The notes under the pieces are model-generated. The model searched no databases, was not told where the DNA came from, and saw only the letters and a list, made by a program, of their open reading frames with translations. From NCBI GenBank assembly GCA_030390025.1, contig CM059431.1:98024001-98088000 (forward strand): a stretch of 64,000 bases of DNA, given 5' to 3'. The DNA comes from Squalus acanthias (taxonomy: Eukaryota). Positions 1 through 13,014 of this stretch are shown here, one piece after another (position 1 is the stretch's first letter; every line of letters begins with the position of its first letter). Position numbers and translations under genes: made by a program.

Positions 1-200
1 CACGCACTCTCAGCTGGCTGGATAAACCAGCTACTACCTGCTGCCAATGATACTGGAGGCACCTTCTCAGTAGCTGTGGTGTAATTGCACCCACTGTCCT
101 AATTAGCACTAATCACACGGGCCAAACATGATAGGAGCCAAGCAATTGAAAACAGTTTGTCCTCCTTAACTACCTCTTTCAGATAGGACATTATAAACGA

Positions 201-600
201 AGGCTGTAGAGCTGGAGGAGGTTACAGAGATAGGGAGGGGTGAGGACATGGAGGGATTTGAAAACGAGGATGAGAATTTTGAAATCGAGCTGTTGCCGGA
301 CCGGGAGATAGTGTAGGTCAGCGAGCACAGGGGTGATGGGCGAATGGACTCGGTGCGAGTTAGGACAGGGGGTGATGGGCGAACGGACTCGGTGTGAGTT
401 AGGACACGGGGCAGCAGGGTTTTGGATGAGCTGGAGTTTACAGAGGGTGGAAGGTGGGAGGCCGGCCAGGAGTGCGTTGGAATAGTCGAGTCTGGAGGAA
501 CAAAGGCATGGATGAGGGTTTCAGCAGCGGATGAGCTGAGGCAGGGGCGGAGACGGGCGATGGTACGGAGGTGGGAGTAGGCGGTCTGGGTAATGGAGAA
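201..600 (-). mobile_element. L2-type LINE ORF2 fragment (degraded)
   Basis: Minus-strand translation [28 protein letters not shown] matches the other L2 copies in the window (9349-9785, 30540-30830). Contains a ~37-bp internal tandem duplication (GGGGTGATGGGCGAAYGGACTCGGTGYGAGTTAGGAC). Confidence 0.85.
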
Positions 601-941
601 GATAAGCAGTGAAATGTATATGATCAGACCATAACACAAGGCACTAATCTGCAGTGTGTTGTGAGCAGGGCTACTGGTGCAATGTGACTGATCAAAACAA
701 AATTCCACTTTTATTACATGGGATTCCAAGATATCTGCTGGTGTAATGAGGGCTAATTTTAAACAAGTCAGTTATCTCCATGTACTGTGTACATTTACAT
801 CCTTCCTTGAACACAGATAAACTAAAGTAGCAGTTTCTAGTAGTCTGGGGAACAGCTGAATAAGTAACTCATTGGATGTGAGGCACTAGAGACATAGGAA
901 GGATATGCTACTGTGTGATACAGATACAAGTTCATTGAAAT

Positions 942-2610
942 CCTGACACTAGTGCAGTACTGAGGGAGTGCCGCACTGTCGGACGGGCAGTACTGAGGCA
1001 GCGTTGCACTGTCGGAGGGGCAGTACTGAGGGAGCGCCGCACTGTCGGACGGGCAGTACTGAGGGAGCGCTGCACTGTCGGAGGGGCAGTACTGAGGGAG
1101 CGCTGCACTGTCAGACGGGCAGTACTGAGGGAGTGCCGCACTGTCGGACGGGCAGTACTGAGGGAGCGCTGCACTGTCGGAGGGGCAGTACTGAGGGAGC
1201 GCGACACTGTCGGAGGAGCAGTACTGAGGGAGTGCTGCACTGTTGGAGGGGCAGTACTGAGGGAGCGCTGCACTGTCGGAGGGGCAGTACTGAGGGAGTG
1301 CGACACTGTCGGAGGGGCAGTACTGAGGGAGTGCTGCACTGTCGGAGGGTCAGTACTGAGGAAGTGCTGCACTGTCGGAGGGTCAGTACTGAGGGAGAGC
1401 TGCACTGTTGGAGGGGCAGTACTGAGGGAGCGCTGCACTGTCGGAGGGGCAGTACTGAGGGAGGGCTGCACTGTCGGAGGGGCAGTACTGAGGGAGCGCT
1501 GCACTGTCGGAGGGGCAGTACTGAGGGAGCGCTGCACTGTCGGAGGGGCAGTACTGAGGGAGCGCGACACTGTCGGAGGGGCAGTACTGAGGGAGCGCTG
1601 CACTGTCGGAGGGGCAGTACTGAGGGAGTGCCGCACTGTCGGAGGGGCAGTACTGAGGGAGCGCGACACTGTCGGAGGAGCAGTACTGAGGGAGTGCTGC
1701 ACTGTTGGAGGGGCAGTACTGAGGGAGCGCTGCACTGTCGGAGGGGCAGTACTGAGGGAGTGCGACACTGTCGGAGGGGCAGTACTGAGGGAGTGCTGCA
1801 CTGTCGGAGGGTCAGTACTGAGGGAGTGCTGCACTGTCGGAGGGTCAGTACTGAGGGAGAGCTGCACTGTCGGAGGGGCAGTACTGAGGGAGCGCTGCAC
1901 TGTCGGAGGGGCAGTACTGAGGGAGGGCTGCACTGTCGGAGGGGCAGTACTGAGGGAGCGCTGCACTGTCGGAGGGGCAGTACTGAGGGAGCGCTGCACT
2001 GTCGGAGGGGCAGCACTGAGGGAGAGCTGCACTGTCGGAGAGGCAGTACTCAGGGAGAGCTGCACTGTCGGAGGGGCAGTACTGATGGAGCGTTGCACTG
2101 TCGGGGAGGCAGTGCTGAGGGAACGCTGCACTGTCGGAGGGGCAGTACTGAGGGAGCGCCGCACTGTCGGAGGGGCAGTACTGAGGGAGCGCCGCACTGT
2201 CGGAGGGGCAGTACTGAGGGAGCGCCGCACTGTCGGAGGGGCAGTACTGAGGGAGCGCCGCACTGTCGGAGGTGCTGTCTTTCAGATGAACCGTTAAACC
2301 CGAGGACCTGTCTGCTCTCTCGGGTGAATGTAAAAGATCCCACTGGCACTATTTGAAGAAGAGCAGGGGAGTTCTCCCTGATGTCCTGAGCCAATAATTG
2401 TCCCTCAACCAACATCAATTTAAAAAACAGATTATCTGGTCATGATCTCATATCTGTTGGTGGGAGCTTGCTGTGCGCAAATTGGCTGCCGTGTTTCCTA
2501 CACTACAGCAGTGATTACACTTCAAAAGTATTTCATTGGCTGTAAAGCACTTTGGGACATCCAGAGGTCATGAAAGACGCTGGAGAAATGCAAGTCCTTG
2601 CGTTCTTTGT
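942..2610 (+). mobile_element. 5'-truncated Deu-domain SINE (SacSINE1/AmnSINE1-like) with expanded internal 33-bp VNTR
   Basis: Body TAAAAGATCCCACTGGCACTATTTGAAGAAGAGCAGGGGAGTTCTCCC...CAAATTGGCTGCC...TTCATTGGCTGTAAAGCACTTTGGGAC follows the array. Same body at 17820-18150. Confidence 0.85.
954..2272 (+). repeat. 33-bp minisatellite GCAGTACTGAGGGAGCGCYGCACTGTCGGAGGG, ~40 units
   Basis: Directly visible tandem array. The variant unit GCGACACTGTCGGAGGAGCA recurs at 1201 and 1663 (462 bp = 14 units). Confidence 0.97.
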
Positions 2611-3039
2611 TCTCACTAAGTGGATAACCTTCCCATGACTTCACAGTACTTTTATAAAAGTTACTTTTAAAGCAGATATTTCTGGTGTTAGCTGCAGTGT
2701 CTTGGAAAACTATTACCTGGTTCTAACTTGCATCTTAAATGATTAAAAGCTAGTTCCACGTTGTACTGTAATCGAGAATCTCCAGAGTAATCACTCTTTG
2801 CTTTGTAAATATGTTCAATCTCCCCAAAGTCCTTCACACATTGAGAGATTCAAAGCGTCACTGTAAATGAGCCAGGCAGCTTGCTATCAATCACAGGAGA
2901 CCAGTGAAGGGGAGACTGGGCTCTAGATGTCAGCGTGATGGCGGATCAGTTTCTGGATGAGAATAGTTTGGCAACAAATACGTTGAACCACCTTTGTGTG
3001 TAGAGCAGCGCAGCATAACGAACCTTAGAAAATGATAGA

Positions 3040-3252
3040 ATCGCAATTCTACAGCACCTCTCTCGACCTCAGGGCGTCCCAAAGCCCATTACAGCCAATT
3101 AAATACTATTGAAGCGTAGTCACTGTTGTAATGTAGGAAAAGCGGCAGCCAATTTGCGCACAGCAAGATCCCACAAAACAGCAACGTGATAATGACGGGA
3201 TCATCTGTTTTTTTAGTGCTGTTGGTTGAGGGATCAATGCTGCTCCAGGACA
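3040..3252 (-). mobile_element. Deu-SINE 3' fragment
   Basis: Reverse complement of the SINE tail (CGTCCCAAAG...ACAGCCAAT...GCAGCCAATTTGCGCACAGCAAG...GTTGGTTGAGGGAT). Confidence 0.8.
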
Positions 3253-3422
3253 TTTAGGTCAATAGAGGTCATTGACCAACCCTGCGCTCTCCGTGTGAAG
3301 CCTAACCCTCCGACTGCACCCATTGCAATCTCTCCCGCACTCTGCACTGGTTTTCCCACCGTTCCAGTCTCGGGAAGCAGGTTTCACAGCCTAAGGAGCG
3401 ACCGTCTCTTTTAACGTCCCAA

Positions 3423-3939
3423 GGGCCAAGTTTAACCTTGTCCTCTTGGCGGGGAGGGGGTGAGCGGGCGGTTAAAATGGCGGCCGGGTGCTTCCCACTC
3501 CGTTCCCGACGTACCTCGTTAACATTTAAATATCGACGTAACTAGGATCCCAAAGGGATTTTAACTGACAATCATGGCAGTCGTGCACAGTGCTGGACCT
3601 GCCAGCGAGGTCTGGCGGGAGCGACACTAGACACAGCTCAGGAAAGTACGAACTCCTCCGGGCCCCACAAGGAAACCTTCAGCCTCCTCTTCCCCGAGCT
3701 TCTCTCCCCTTGCCCCGCCCTCCCCCCTCACCATGAGCGACGGGATCATTCCTGCCTGCTGCATGAAATCCCGCTCCCGTCCGCTGGTCAGGAAACAATT
3801 CCCGTCGTGTTTGGGCAGGAGTCTGATTTATGAACATGGGAGGAAGACCCGGGATTTAAAATTCCCTGAGTCACGTGCTGTGGGGGGAGGGGGCAGTTTG
3901 TCGCACACATAACTCCCACCTGGAATTAAAATCCAGCCT
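3423..3939. mobile_element. Possible degraded MITE related to the 21082-21829 element
   Basis: Right end AAAATCCAGCC matches the TIR of the 21082 element. Left end GGGCCAAGTTT is degenerate but is followed by a similar GGCGGG...GGTTAAAAT subterminal segment. No clear TSD. Confidence 0.4.
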
Positions 3940-5699
3940 TATGTATGGAGAGAAAGCGAGTGGCGTCTTTATTGCTTTATGCAAAGTATAAGATTCACGG
4001 CTTTATGCTCTCATTTATCGCTTTACTTAAGTATGGTTTGGTTCAGAATGCTTTTAATCCACCTTTCGAAGAGAGGGGAACCGCACAATGAACAGAGTAA
4101 GAATTCTCTTTGCAATCGTTGCGTCTTGTTATCATTTAACTAGATTGGGCAGAAAAGGGTGCGCCCCGGTCATATGGGACGCGAGGTCCACTCACAGGAG
4201 TGGCCAGTGACACTGAGCTGCGAGAATATCTAATGGAAAAATCCCAAACCAACACACTATAGAATCCTTCTGGAATGTTCACTGCTTCCATCTCTTAATT
4301 CCCCAAATAATCCTTTCTCGACCTTTCTGGATTTGGAAGTTTTTTCTGGTGTGGGAGGGGGAAGGAGATGTTTATGCTGATTGAGGAAGAGAATGTCAGT
4401 TCTGTGGGATGGAAAACCTTTCCAGTTTATTTGTATGGAGTGTCGGGCTGGATATTGCACAGATCGATGCAGTGCACAGCACGCCCTGGTGTTCCTGATC
4501 ATTAACCCCCAAACTCAGCAAAGGGCCTGTACTGAACTGGACAATTATCGACCAAGTATTGGACTGCCGATTGTGAGCCAGTTTGGGTGGAATACTGGGC
4601 AGCTTTATGCAACAGTTTCCTCTTGCACGGCACTTTTTCAGCCTTGGCAGAGAATCTGCATCGAGTGAGGGGCTGTGTTTGACCGCGGACGCATTTTGTT
4701 CTCACCCAGTCCCGAAAGCTCCCCTTATTTTAATCTGAGTAAATCTAGGATTGTCAGGCTGGAATAAGAATCAAATGCTTCCTGATTTTTTGGGGGTGGT
4801 GGTGGAGGAGGAGGGGGAGGAGGGGGAGGGGGGGGAATGAACAATGTTCTTTGCTCAAGGTTCTCACTGATGGGAATGTCTGCACATTTTACTTGGTAAT
4901 ATGAACCATCTGTGCGCGCTATTAAAAAAAAATCACAGCGGCAGTGAGCTGTAAAGTTAATTTCAGGAAAAAAGCTGTCAATGCCAGGGATTCCAGGAGG
5001 CTCTCCTGGTGTAAATACCGCAGTGAGGACTGTGTTACTATACTTTGTGAATTAACCAATCAACCGTGATTGAAACTCAGCAAGAAACCAATTGTGCGGT
5101 GAAGGTGTGAAGTTAAAATTGGTGAAAGGTTTTCCAGGTAAAGTGCTCTCTGCCGGATTTCTCTGGGAATACTGTGCGGGATGGCGGATTCTGACAGCGC
5201 ACTGTAACGCTTTACAAACAAAGCTCACGTGCGGAGGAGAGCTGGAAGAGACCCCTCGTTTAAAAGTTACAAACTCTCCTTCTGGGCGATTGCCAGCCCA
5301 TGATCCTTTTCCAATTTGTTTCATTGCTTACAGCTGCAAGCAAGGAAAGAGAGAGTAAATAAAGCTGCACTAACTGGGCTGGAGACAGCAAGAAGTGCTA
5401 ATAAACAGAACAGCGAGAGTGCTGCAACTGCTCAAACCGCCCCGGTGCACAATGGTGGGCAATTTACTCCACTTTCTAAAGCAAATACAAAACCATTAAA
5501 ATCACGCGGAAGAAAACTCTTTTTGTTACTTCCTGACCTCAAGTAAGTTGGCTTGAACTTGCTACCAGCAAGGGCTGACCCAAGGGAGACTCGCACAACA
5601 CGAAGGTGCAGCCACTCTCACTGCGCAGGTCCGGTGCAGGTCAGGGGGAGCAGGAGCAGGAGCAGGGGTAAAGCCCAGCTGTGATCAGTCAACTCCGCT

Positions 5700-6691
5700 T
5701 CCCCGAGCCCCCCCCCCACCCCGAGCCCCCCTACCCCGAAACCCCGCTCCCCGAGCCCGCCCCCTACCCCGAGCCCCCCTACCCCGAACCTACCCTCCCC
5801 GAGCCCACCCTCCCCCGAGCCCCCCTACCCCGAAACCACCCTCCCCGAAACCCCCCTACCCCGAACTCCCCCTCCCCGAGACCCCCTACCCCGAAACCCC
5901 CCTCCCCGAGCCCACCCTCCCCGAACCCCCCTCCCCCGAGCTCACCTACCCCGAGCTCACCCTCCCCGAGCCAACCCTCCCCAAACCCCCCTCCCCCGAG
6001 CTCACCTACCCCGAGCTCACCCTCCCCGAGCCAACCCTCCCCAAACCCCCCTCCCCCGAGCTCACCTACCCCGAGCTCACCTACCCCGAAACCCCCCTCC
6101 CCCGAAATCCCCCTCCCCGAAACCCCCCTCCCCCGAGCCACCCTCCCCCGAGCCCCACCCTCCCCGAGCCCCCCACCCCAAAACCCCCCTTCCCCGAAAC
6201 CCCCCTCCCCGAGCCCCCCTTCCCCAAAACCCCCCTCCCCCGAAACCCCCCTCCCCCGAGCCCTCCTCCCCGAGCCACCCTCCTCCGAGCCCCCTCCCCC
6301 GAGCTCACCCTCCCCCGAGCCCCCTACCCCGAGCTCACCCTCCCCCGAGCTCACCCTCCCCAAAACCCCCCTCCCCCGAGCCCCCCTACCCCGAGCCCAC
6401 CCTACCCCGAGCCCCACCCTCCCCCGAAACCCCCCTCCCCCGAGCCCCCCTACCCCGAGCCCACCCTACCCCGAGCCCCACCCTACCCCAAAACCCCCCT
6501 CCCCCGAGCCCCCCTACCCCGAAACCCCCCTCCCCCGAGCCCCCCCTCCCCGAGCCCACCCGCCCCAAGCCTCCCCCACCCTGAACCCACCCTCCCCCGA
6601 GCCCCCCTACCCCGAGCCCCCCTACCCCGAACCCCCCTACCCCGAGACCCCCTCCCCGAGACCCCCCTACCCCGAACCCACCCTCCCCCGA
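5700..6691. repeat. C-rich degenerate ~15-16-bp repeat (CCCCGAGCCCCCCTA / CCCCGAAACCCCCCT)
   Basis: About 1 kb of C-runs separated by GAG/GAAA/TA. The minus strand is a dense series of G4-G6 tracts. Confidence 0.95.
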
Positions 6692-6715
6692 GGTGATGGT
6701 TGCATTTTTACATCA

Positions 6716-8645
6716 TACGCTCTCACCGTGGTATACGCTCTCACCGTGGTATATGCTCTCACCGTGGTATACGCTCTCACCGTGGTATACGCTCTCACTG
6801 TGGTATAAGCTCTCACTGTGGTATATGCTCTCACCGTGGTTTACGCTCTCACCGTGGTATACGCTCTCACAGTGGTCTACGCTCTCACAGTGGTATACGC
6901 TCTCACCGTGGTATCTGCTCTCACTGTGGTATACGCTCTCACTGTGGTATACGCTCTCACTGTGGTATACGCTCTCACTGTGGTATACGCTCTCACTGTG
7001 GTATCTGCTCTCACTGTGGTATACGCTCTCACTGTGGTATACGCTCTCACTGTGGTATACGCTCTCACTGTGGTATCTGCTCTCACTGTGGTATACGCTC
7101 TCACTGTGGTATACGCTCTCACTGTGGTATACGCTCTCACTGTGGTATCTGCTCTCACTGTGGTATACGCTCTCACTGTGGTATACGCTCTCACTGTGGT
7201 ATCTGCTCTCACTGTGGTATACGCTCTCACTGTGGTATACGCTCTCACTGTGGTATATGCTCTCACCGTGGTATATGCTCTCACTGTGGTATACGCTCTC
7301 ACCGTGGTATACGCTCTCACCGTGGTATACGCTCTCACTGTGGTATATGCTCTCACCGTGGTATACGCTCTCACTGTGGTATACGCTCTCACTGTGGTAT
7401 ACGCTCTCACCGTGGTATACGCTCTCACTGTGGTATACGCTCTCACTGTGGTATACGCTCTCACTGTGGTATACGCTCTCACTGTGGTACATGCTCTCAC
7501 TGTGGTATACGCTCTCACTGTGGTATACGCTCTCACTGTGGTATACGCTCTCACTGTGGTATATGCTCTCACTGTGGTATACGCGCTCACCATGGTATAC
7601 GCTCTCACTGTGGTATACGCTCTCACAGTGGTATATGCTCTCACTGTGGTATACGCGCTCACCATGGTATACGCTCTCACTGTGGTATACGCTCTCACTG
7701 TGGTATATGCTCTCACTGTGGTATACGCTCTCACCATGGTATACGCTCTCACTGTGATACATGCTCTCACTGTGGTATACGCTCTCACTGTGGTATATGC
7801 TCTCACTGTGGTATACGCTCTCACTGTGGTACATGCTCTCACTGTGGTATACGCTCTCACTGTGGTATATGCTCTCACTGTGGTAAACGCTCTCACCATG
7901 GTATACGCTCTCACTGTGGTACATGCTCTCACTGTGGTATACGCTCTCACTGTGGTATATGCTCTCACCGTGGTATACGCTCTCACTGTGGTATACGCTC
8001 TCACTGTGGTATATGCTCTCACTGTGGTATACGCTCTCACTATGGTATACGCTCTCACCGTGGTATACGCTCTCACCGTGGTATACGCTCTCACTGTGGC
8101 ATATGCTCTCACCGTGGTATACGCTCTCACTGTGGTATACGCTCTCACTGTGGTATATGCTCTCACTGTGGTATACGCTCTCACCGTGGTTTACGTTCTC
8201 ACTTTGGTATATGCTCTCACTGTGGTATAAGCTCTCACTGTGGTATACGCTCTCACCGTGGTATACGATCTCACCATGGTATATGCTCTCACTGTGGTAT
8301 ACGCTCTCACTGTGGTATATGCTCTCACTGTGGTATACGCTCTCACCGTGGTACATGCTCTCACTGTGGTGTACGCTCTCACTGTGGTATATGCTCTCAC
8401 TGTGGTATATGCTCTCACTGTGGTATATGCTCTCACTGTGGTATATGCTCTCACTGTGGTATACGCTCTCACTGTGGTATACGCTCTCACCGTGGTATAT
8501 GCTCTGACCATGGTACATGCTCTCACTGTGGTATACGCTCTCACTGTGGTATACGCTCTCACTGTGGTATACACTCTCACCGTGGTATACGCTCTCACCG
8601 TGGTACATGCTCTCACTGTGGTATACGCTCTCACTGTGGTACATG
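6716..8645. repeat. 18-bp minisatellite TACGCTCTCACTGTGGTA, ~107 units
   Basis: Directly visible tandem array. The period of 18 explains the VVYALT/RSHCGI/YHSESV pseudo-ORFs. Confidence 0.98.
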
Positions 8646-9348
8646 CAAGCAATGGCTGTGTACTCAGTTGCTCACCAATTACGATGACGGATTGCAAGAC
8701 AACATTTCAATTAATTGTTTCCATTGACAATCACCAAGGTGTCTTTCTCAGGAAGTACCTGCACGTGACCTGATCTCTCAGCTGTCCTAACATCACAGCT
8801 CACCACTGCAGGGCCGTGCCATTTGATCCTGCCTCCTCGATTGTGATTGGTTTTACCCATCACTGCGGACTCTGGTAAGGAGGCAGCTTACACACGATTG
8901 GTGGCCAGGTTCCTACATTCCAGATTGCAGCCCAAGGGGCTAAGAAGGAATATTGAATCCCTTGTTTCAGCCTTTCTCCTGACACGGGTCGACACTCGAA
9001 CAGCTGCCTCTCCAGCGGGAGTGTGAATTCAGCCACGATTATCAAATTCAAACCATGCAGTGTTTCTGCAGATGGACCAATGCCTAAAAACGTTCTGGAG
9101 ATGGAAATGTACAAGCCTGAGAATTTAAACATTGAGAAATCTCCCTCTGCCTCATAGATGTTGGCCGAGGGATGACCATGGTACAATCCAGTCATTCTCT
9201 TATTGTGAGAGCTCATAACAACAGCACAATGTTCTTGTAATAGACTAATCCATGGCGATCAGATCTGTCCACATAAAGAGGCGCACATTATATGGAGTTC
9301 CGGATTATACGGCTGTTTCCTCTGGCTATTGGAACCTGCTAAGAGTGA

Positions 9349-9785
9349 CACAACAACAATATCTTGCATTTATGTAGCGCGTTTAACGTAGTAAAACATC
9401 CCAAGGCGCTTCACGGGAGCGATTATCAAACACAATTTGATACCGAGCCACATAAAGAGAAGCATCTTAAAGGAGGAGAGAAAGGCGGAGAGGTTTAGGG
9501 AGGGAATTCCAGAGCTCGGGGCCTCAGCAACAGAAGGCACGGCCGCCAATGGTGGAGCAATGGAAATCAGAGATGCGCAAGAGGCCAGAATTGGAGCAGA
9601 GTTTTGGATGACCTCAAGTTTACGTAGGGTAGAACGTGGGAGGCCGGCCAGGAGTGGGTTGGAATAGCCGAGTCTGGAGGTAACAAAGGCATAGATGAGG
9701 GTTTCAGCAGCGGATGAGCTGAGGTAGGGGCGGAGACGGGCGATGTTACGGAGGTGGAAATAGGCGGTCTTGGTGATGGAGCAGA
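9349..9785 (-). mobile_element. L2-type LINE 3' end with internal deletions
   Basis: (CAA)n tail at ~9349-9360. Minus-strand translation [40 protein letters not shown]. Confidence 0.88.
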
Positions 9786-9999
9786 TATTCAGAGCCACAG
9801 TGCAGGGTTCTACCCTCAGGTCTGTACTAGCTGCACAGGGACAGACAAAGTTCCACACTTTCACACTTACGGAATTAGAAGTGTAGCCGTTTTAGCACAG
9901 CAGGACATTACTCTGACCCATCATACATGTGCTGCTGTTGTCTCTGTACTGGAGACAGAGGCCTCGCACTTTCCACCCTCTGTAAACTTCAGCTCATCC

Positions 10000-10506
10000 T
10001 AAACTCTGCTGCCTGTGTCCTAACTCGCACCAAGTCCCGTTCACCCATCACCCCCTGTACTCGCTGACCTATACTGGCTCCCGGCCTGGCAAGGCCGCGA
10101 TTTTAAAATTCTCATCCTCCTGTTCAAATCCCTCCATGGCCTCGCCCCTCCCTATCTCTGTAACCTCCTCCAGCCCTACAACACTCCGAGATCTCTGCGC
10201 TCCTCCAATTCTGCCCTCCTGAGCATCCCTGATTTTAATCGCTCCACCATTGATGGCCGTGCCTTCAGCTGCCTGGGCCCTAAGCTCTGGAATTCCCTCC
10301 CTAAACCTCTCCGCCTCTCGACCTCTCTCTCCTCCTTTAAGACGCTCCTTAAAACCTCCCATTTGACCAAGCTTTTGGTCACCTGCCCTAATATCTCCTT
10401 ATGTGGCTCGGTGTCAAATTGTGTCTGATAATCGCTCCTGTGCAGCGCCTTGGGACGTTTTACTACATTAATGGCGCTATATAAGTGCAAGTTGTTGTTG
10501 TTGTTG
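10000..10506 (+). mobile_element. L2-type LINE 3' end
   Basis: CTAACTCGCACCAAGTCCCGTTCACCCATCACCC...CTCTGGAATTCCCTCCCTAAA...GGCGCTATATAAGTGCAAG followed by a (TTG)n tail. Confidence 0.9.
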
Positions 10507-11009
10507 TCCCTCCACTGCACACACTGGCCTTGCAAGTTCACACAGGAGGTTTGGCCATTTGGTTAATGTGCTGGGAACCTGCACCACAACACGATTCACT
10601 GTGAAAAGTTTGAACGACCAAAACTCCTGGAAACAAAAAAGTAAATAATAAAACATCTGTCTTCAGAAATTAATCTATTTTTAAAAACGATGCTGATCCT
10701 TTAAAACAGCTGGCAGAGTGAGCTGCTACCTTCCACACACGAGGAACTGATTTGACTATGCTGAAGTTCTCATGACTCTTTCACTATTTCATTTCCTTGG
10801 AATTTTGATTAGGCTTTATACAGAAGCTTGGTTCCTGCTGGTGTTTGTGAGGAGAGGTGAACAGCCGTGTTGTACAGCCTGTAACAATCGCGTAACGTTA
10901 TGTGACATCACCAAAGTGGCCCGGTTGCAAACTGCACTCATCGTCTAAATCTTCCACAAGTCTCACACACAAAGCATGAGCGAGCGCAGGGCAGAGAGGT
11001 CTGACCAAT

Positions 11010-11725
11010 GGTACTGAGGGAGCACTGCACTGTCGGAGGGGCAGTACTGAGGGAGCGTTGCACTGTCGGAGGGGCAGTACTGAGGGAGCATTGCACTGTC
11101 GGAGGGGCAGTACTGAGGGAGCGCTGCACTGTCGGAGGGGCAGTACTGAGGGAGCGCTGCACTGTCGGAGGGCAGTACTGAGGGAGCGCCGCACTGTCGG
11201 AGGGGCAGTACTGAGGGAGCGCCGCATTGTCGGAGGGGCAGTACTGAGGGAGCGCCGCACTGTCGGAGGGGCAGTACTGAGGGAGCGCCGCACTGTCGGA
11301 GGGGCAGTACTGAGGGATCACTGCAGTGTCAAAGGTGCCGTCTTTTGAATGAAAAGTTAAACCGAGGCCCTGTCAGTCTGTTCCTGTGGGTGTTGAAGTA
11401 ATGATGGAATGATCTGAAAGAGAGCAGGGGAGTTCTCATGTTGTCCGGGCCAACATTCCTTCTTCAGGCAGTGCCACTAAAAACAGATTAACAGATCACT
11501 CCTCCCATCAGCTGTTGGTGAGATCTTGCTGTGTGCAAATTGGTGTCTCTGTTTGGCTGTTTGAAGAAGATGTTCTCTCGGTGTCTTGATCAACATTCCT
11601 CCCACAACCAACATCACAAAAAGCAGATCAACCGGTCTCATCTGCTGTTTGTGGGATCTTGCTGTGTGCAAGTTAGCTGCTGCCTTGGGCTTGAGAAGAA
11701 ACTCATTGGTTGCAAAGTATTTCAG
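11010..11725 (+). mobile_element. Degraded Deu-SINE with ~10-unit 33-bp VNTR (11011-11335)
   Basis: 33-bp array followed by a diverged SINE body (GTTAAACCGAGGCCC...GAGCAGGGGAGTTCTC...GCTGTGTGCAAATTGG), part of which occurs twice. Confidence 0.75.
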
Positions 11726-11760
11726 TATAGCCCGAGGAAACGCTAAGGTACAACGGGTAT

Positions 11761-12112
11761 CTGGAGATCAGCACGTGTGTACTTAACGTGTAGCTGGAGA
11801 TCAGCACGTGTGTACTTAACGTGTAGCTGGAGATCAGCACGTGTGTACTTAACATATAGCTGGAGATCAGCACATATGTACTTAACATGTAGCTGGAGAT
11901 CAGCACGAATGTACTTAACATGTAGCTGGAGATCAGCACGTGTGTACTTAACGTGTAGCTGGAGATCAGCACGTATGTACTTAACGTGTAGCTGGAGATC
12001 AGCACGTATGTACTTAACGTGTAGCTGGAGATCAGCACGTGTGTACTTAATGTGTAGCTGGAGATCAGCACGTGTGTACTTAACATGTAGCCCGTGAACA
12101 GCACACGTGTAC
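11761..12112. repeat. Second, unrelated 33-bp minisatellite CTGGAGATCAGCACGTGTGTACTTAACGTGTAG, ~10 units
   Basis: Directly visible tandem array. Confidence 0.95.
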
Positions 12113-13014
12113 TTACTCCACTTATGCTGCTCTACGTAAGAGTTAAGTTAGAGTTAAATCCATTTGAATTGTTTATGTGGTTAACTGAAATAAAATATCG
12201 GTACTTTGTACCCCACCCACGTCATTCCTGATCGCTTCCTCTGGAATGTATCACACAAAGGCCATTCATTAATGACAAATGCAGTTGTCTGGGATTATTC
12301 TAGATATGCCGATCTTTACCATTCATACATTTTCCTCCCTCCCATCCTTCAAATCATTTCCAAATAACTGGCCATTAGCTAAGAACTCTTCCTGGCTTCT
12401 GTCAAAGGTTTTAAACACCCACATTCTGAGAAAATCTCTCATTCCAGGTCCCTAGACACATTTTTTCAGAGAGACATATTCAGCTGAGGAAAAGTACAAG
12501 TGGGTGGAGGCTGAAATCATAATGTTCCACCAATGTCCCAGGATTTGTCCTTGGCAACAAGTCAGCACTTCCTCTCCCACAGTCTCCATAGAGTCTTCCC
12601 TCAGTGTCTTCCAACAGAGATGTTTGAAGATCTCAACCAGTAGCTAAAATTCAAATCTCAAAGTACATTGTACCACAAATTGAGCCATTACAGAAAATAA
12701 ATTCAAATACGTCCAATCTCCGGAAAAAAATCCATTCCTATTGCCAAAATATATCACGCAAATCTGCACATTTTATGTCAGTAACTTCCTGCCTTGATTC
12801 TTAACTTGTCAAGTGAAATCAGCAAGTTATACAACAGGTCTCCTTGTGTTCGAGATTTCAGGCACAATCTGTGGGGAAATGAGAGGACTGGGGTGAGCTT
12901 TGATGGTTCGGTATGGCCTGATACAGGTAATCAAAGCCCGCAGACAGAGCCCTACTCTTATCTCAACGGTTATCAATCCAGCCAGAAAATCTCAATCAAT
13001 ATACACAGGCTTCT

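Noticed and set aside
932..2356. Long ORFs of 11-aa repeats (HCRRGSTEGAL / RSLSTAPPTV), also at 17199, 22906, 25828 and 63422
   Set aside because: Consequence of a stop-free 33-bp SINE-derived VNTR that is open in several frames on both strands; not mucin or zinc-finger genes.
6716..8645. CRISPR-like array (also considered for the 33-, 51- and 54-bp repeats)
   Set aside because: Units are head-to-tail with no unique spacers, there are no cas genes, and the context is eukaryotic.
5681..8773. Proline-rich extensin-like ORF and hexapeptide-repeat ORFs up to 675 aa
   Set aside because: Translations of a C-rich tract and an 18-bp array, open in nearly all frames.
8860..9216. 118-aa minus-strand ORF in unique sequence (similarly 16630-16914, 27936-28190, 61183-61596)
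   Set aside because: No recognisable domain, weak or missing splice signals, and lengths compatible with chance.
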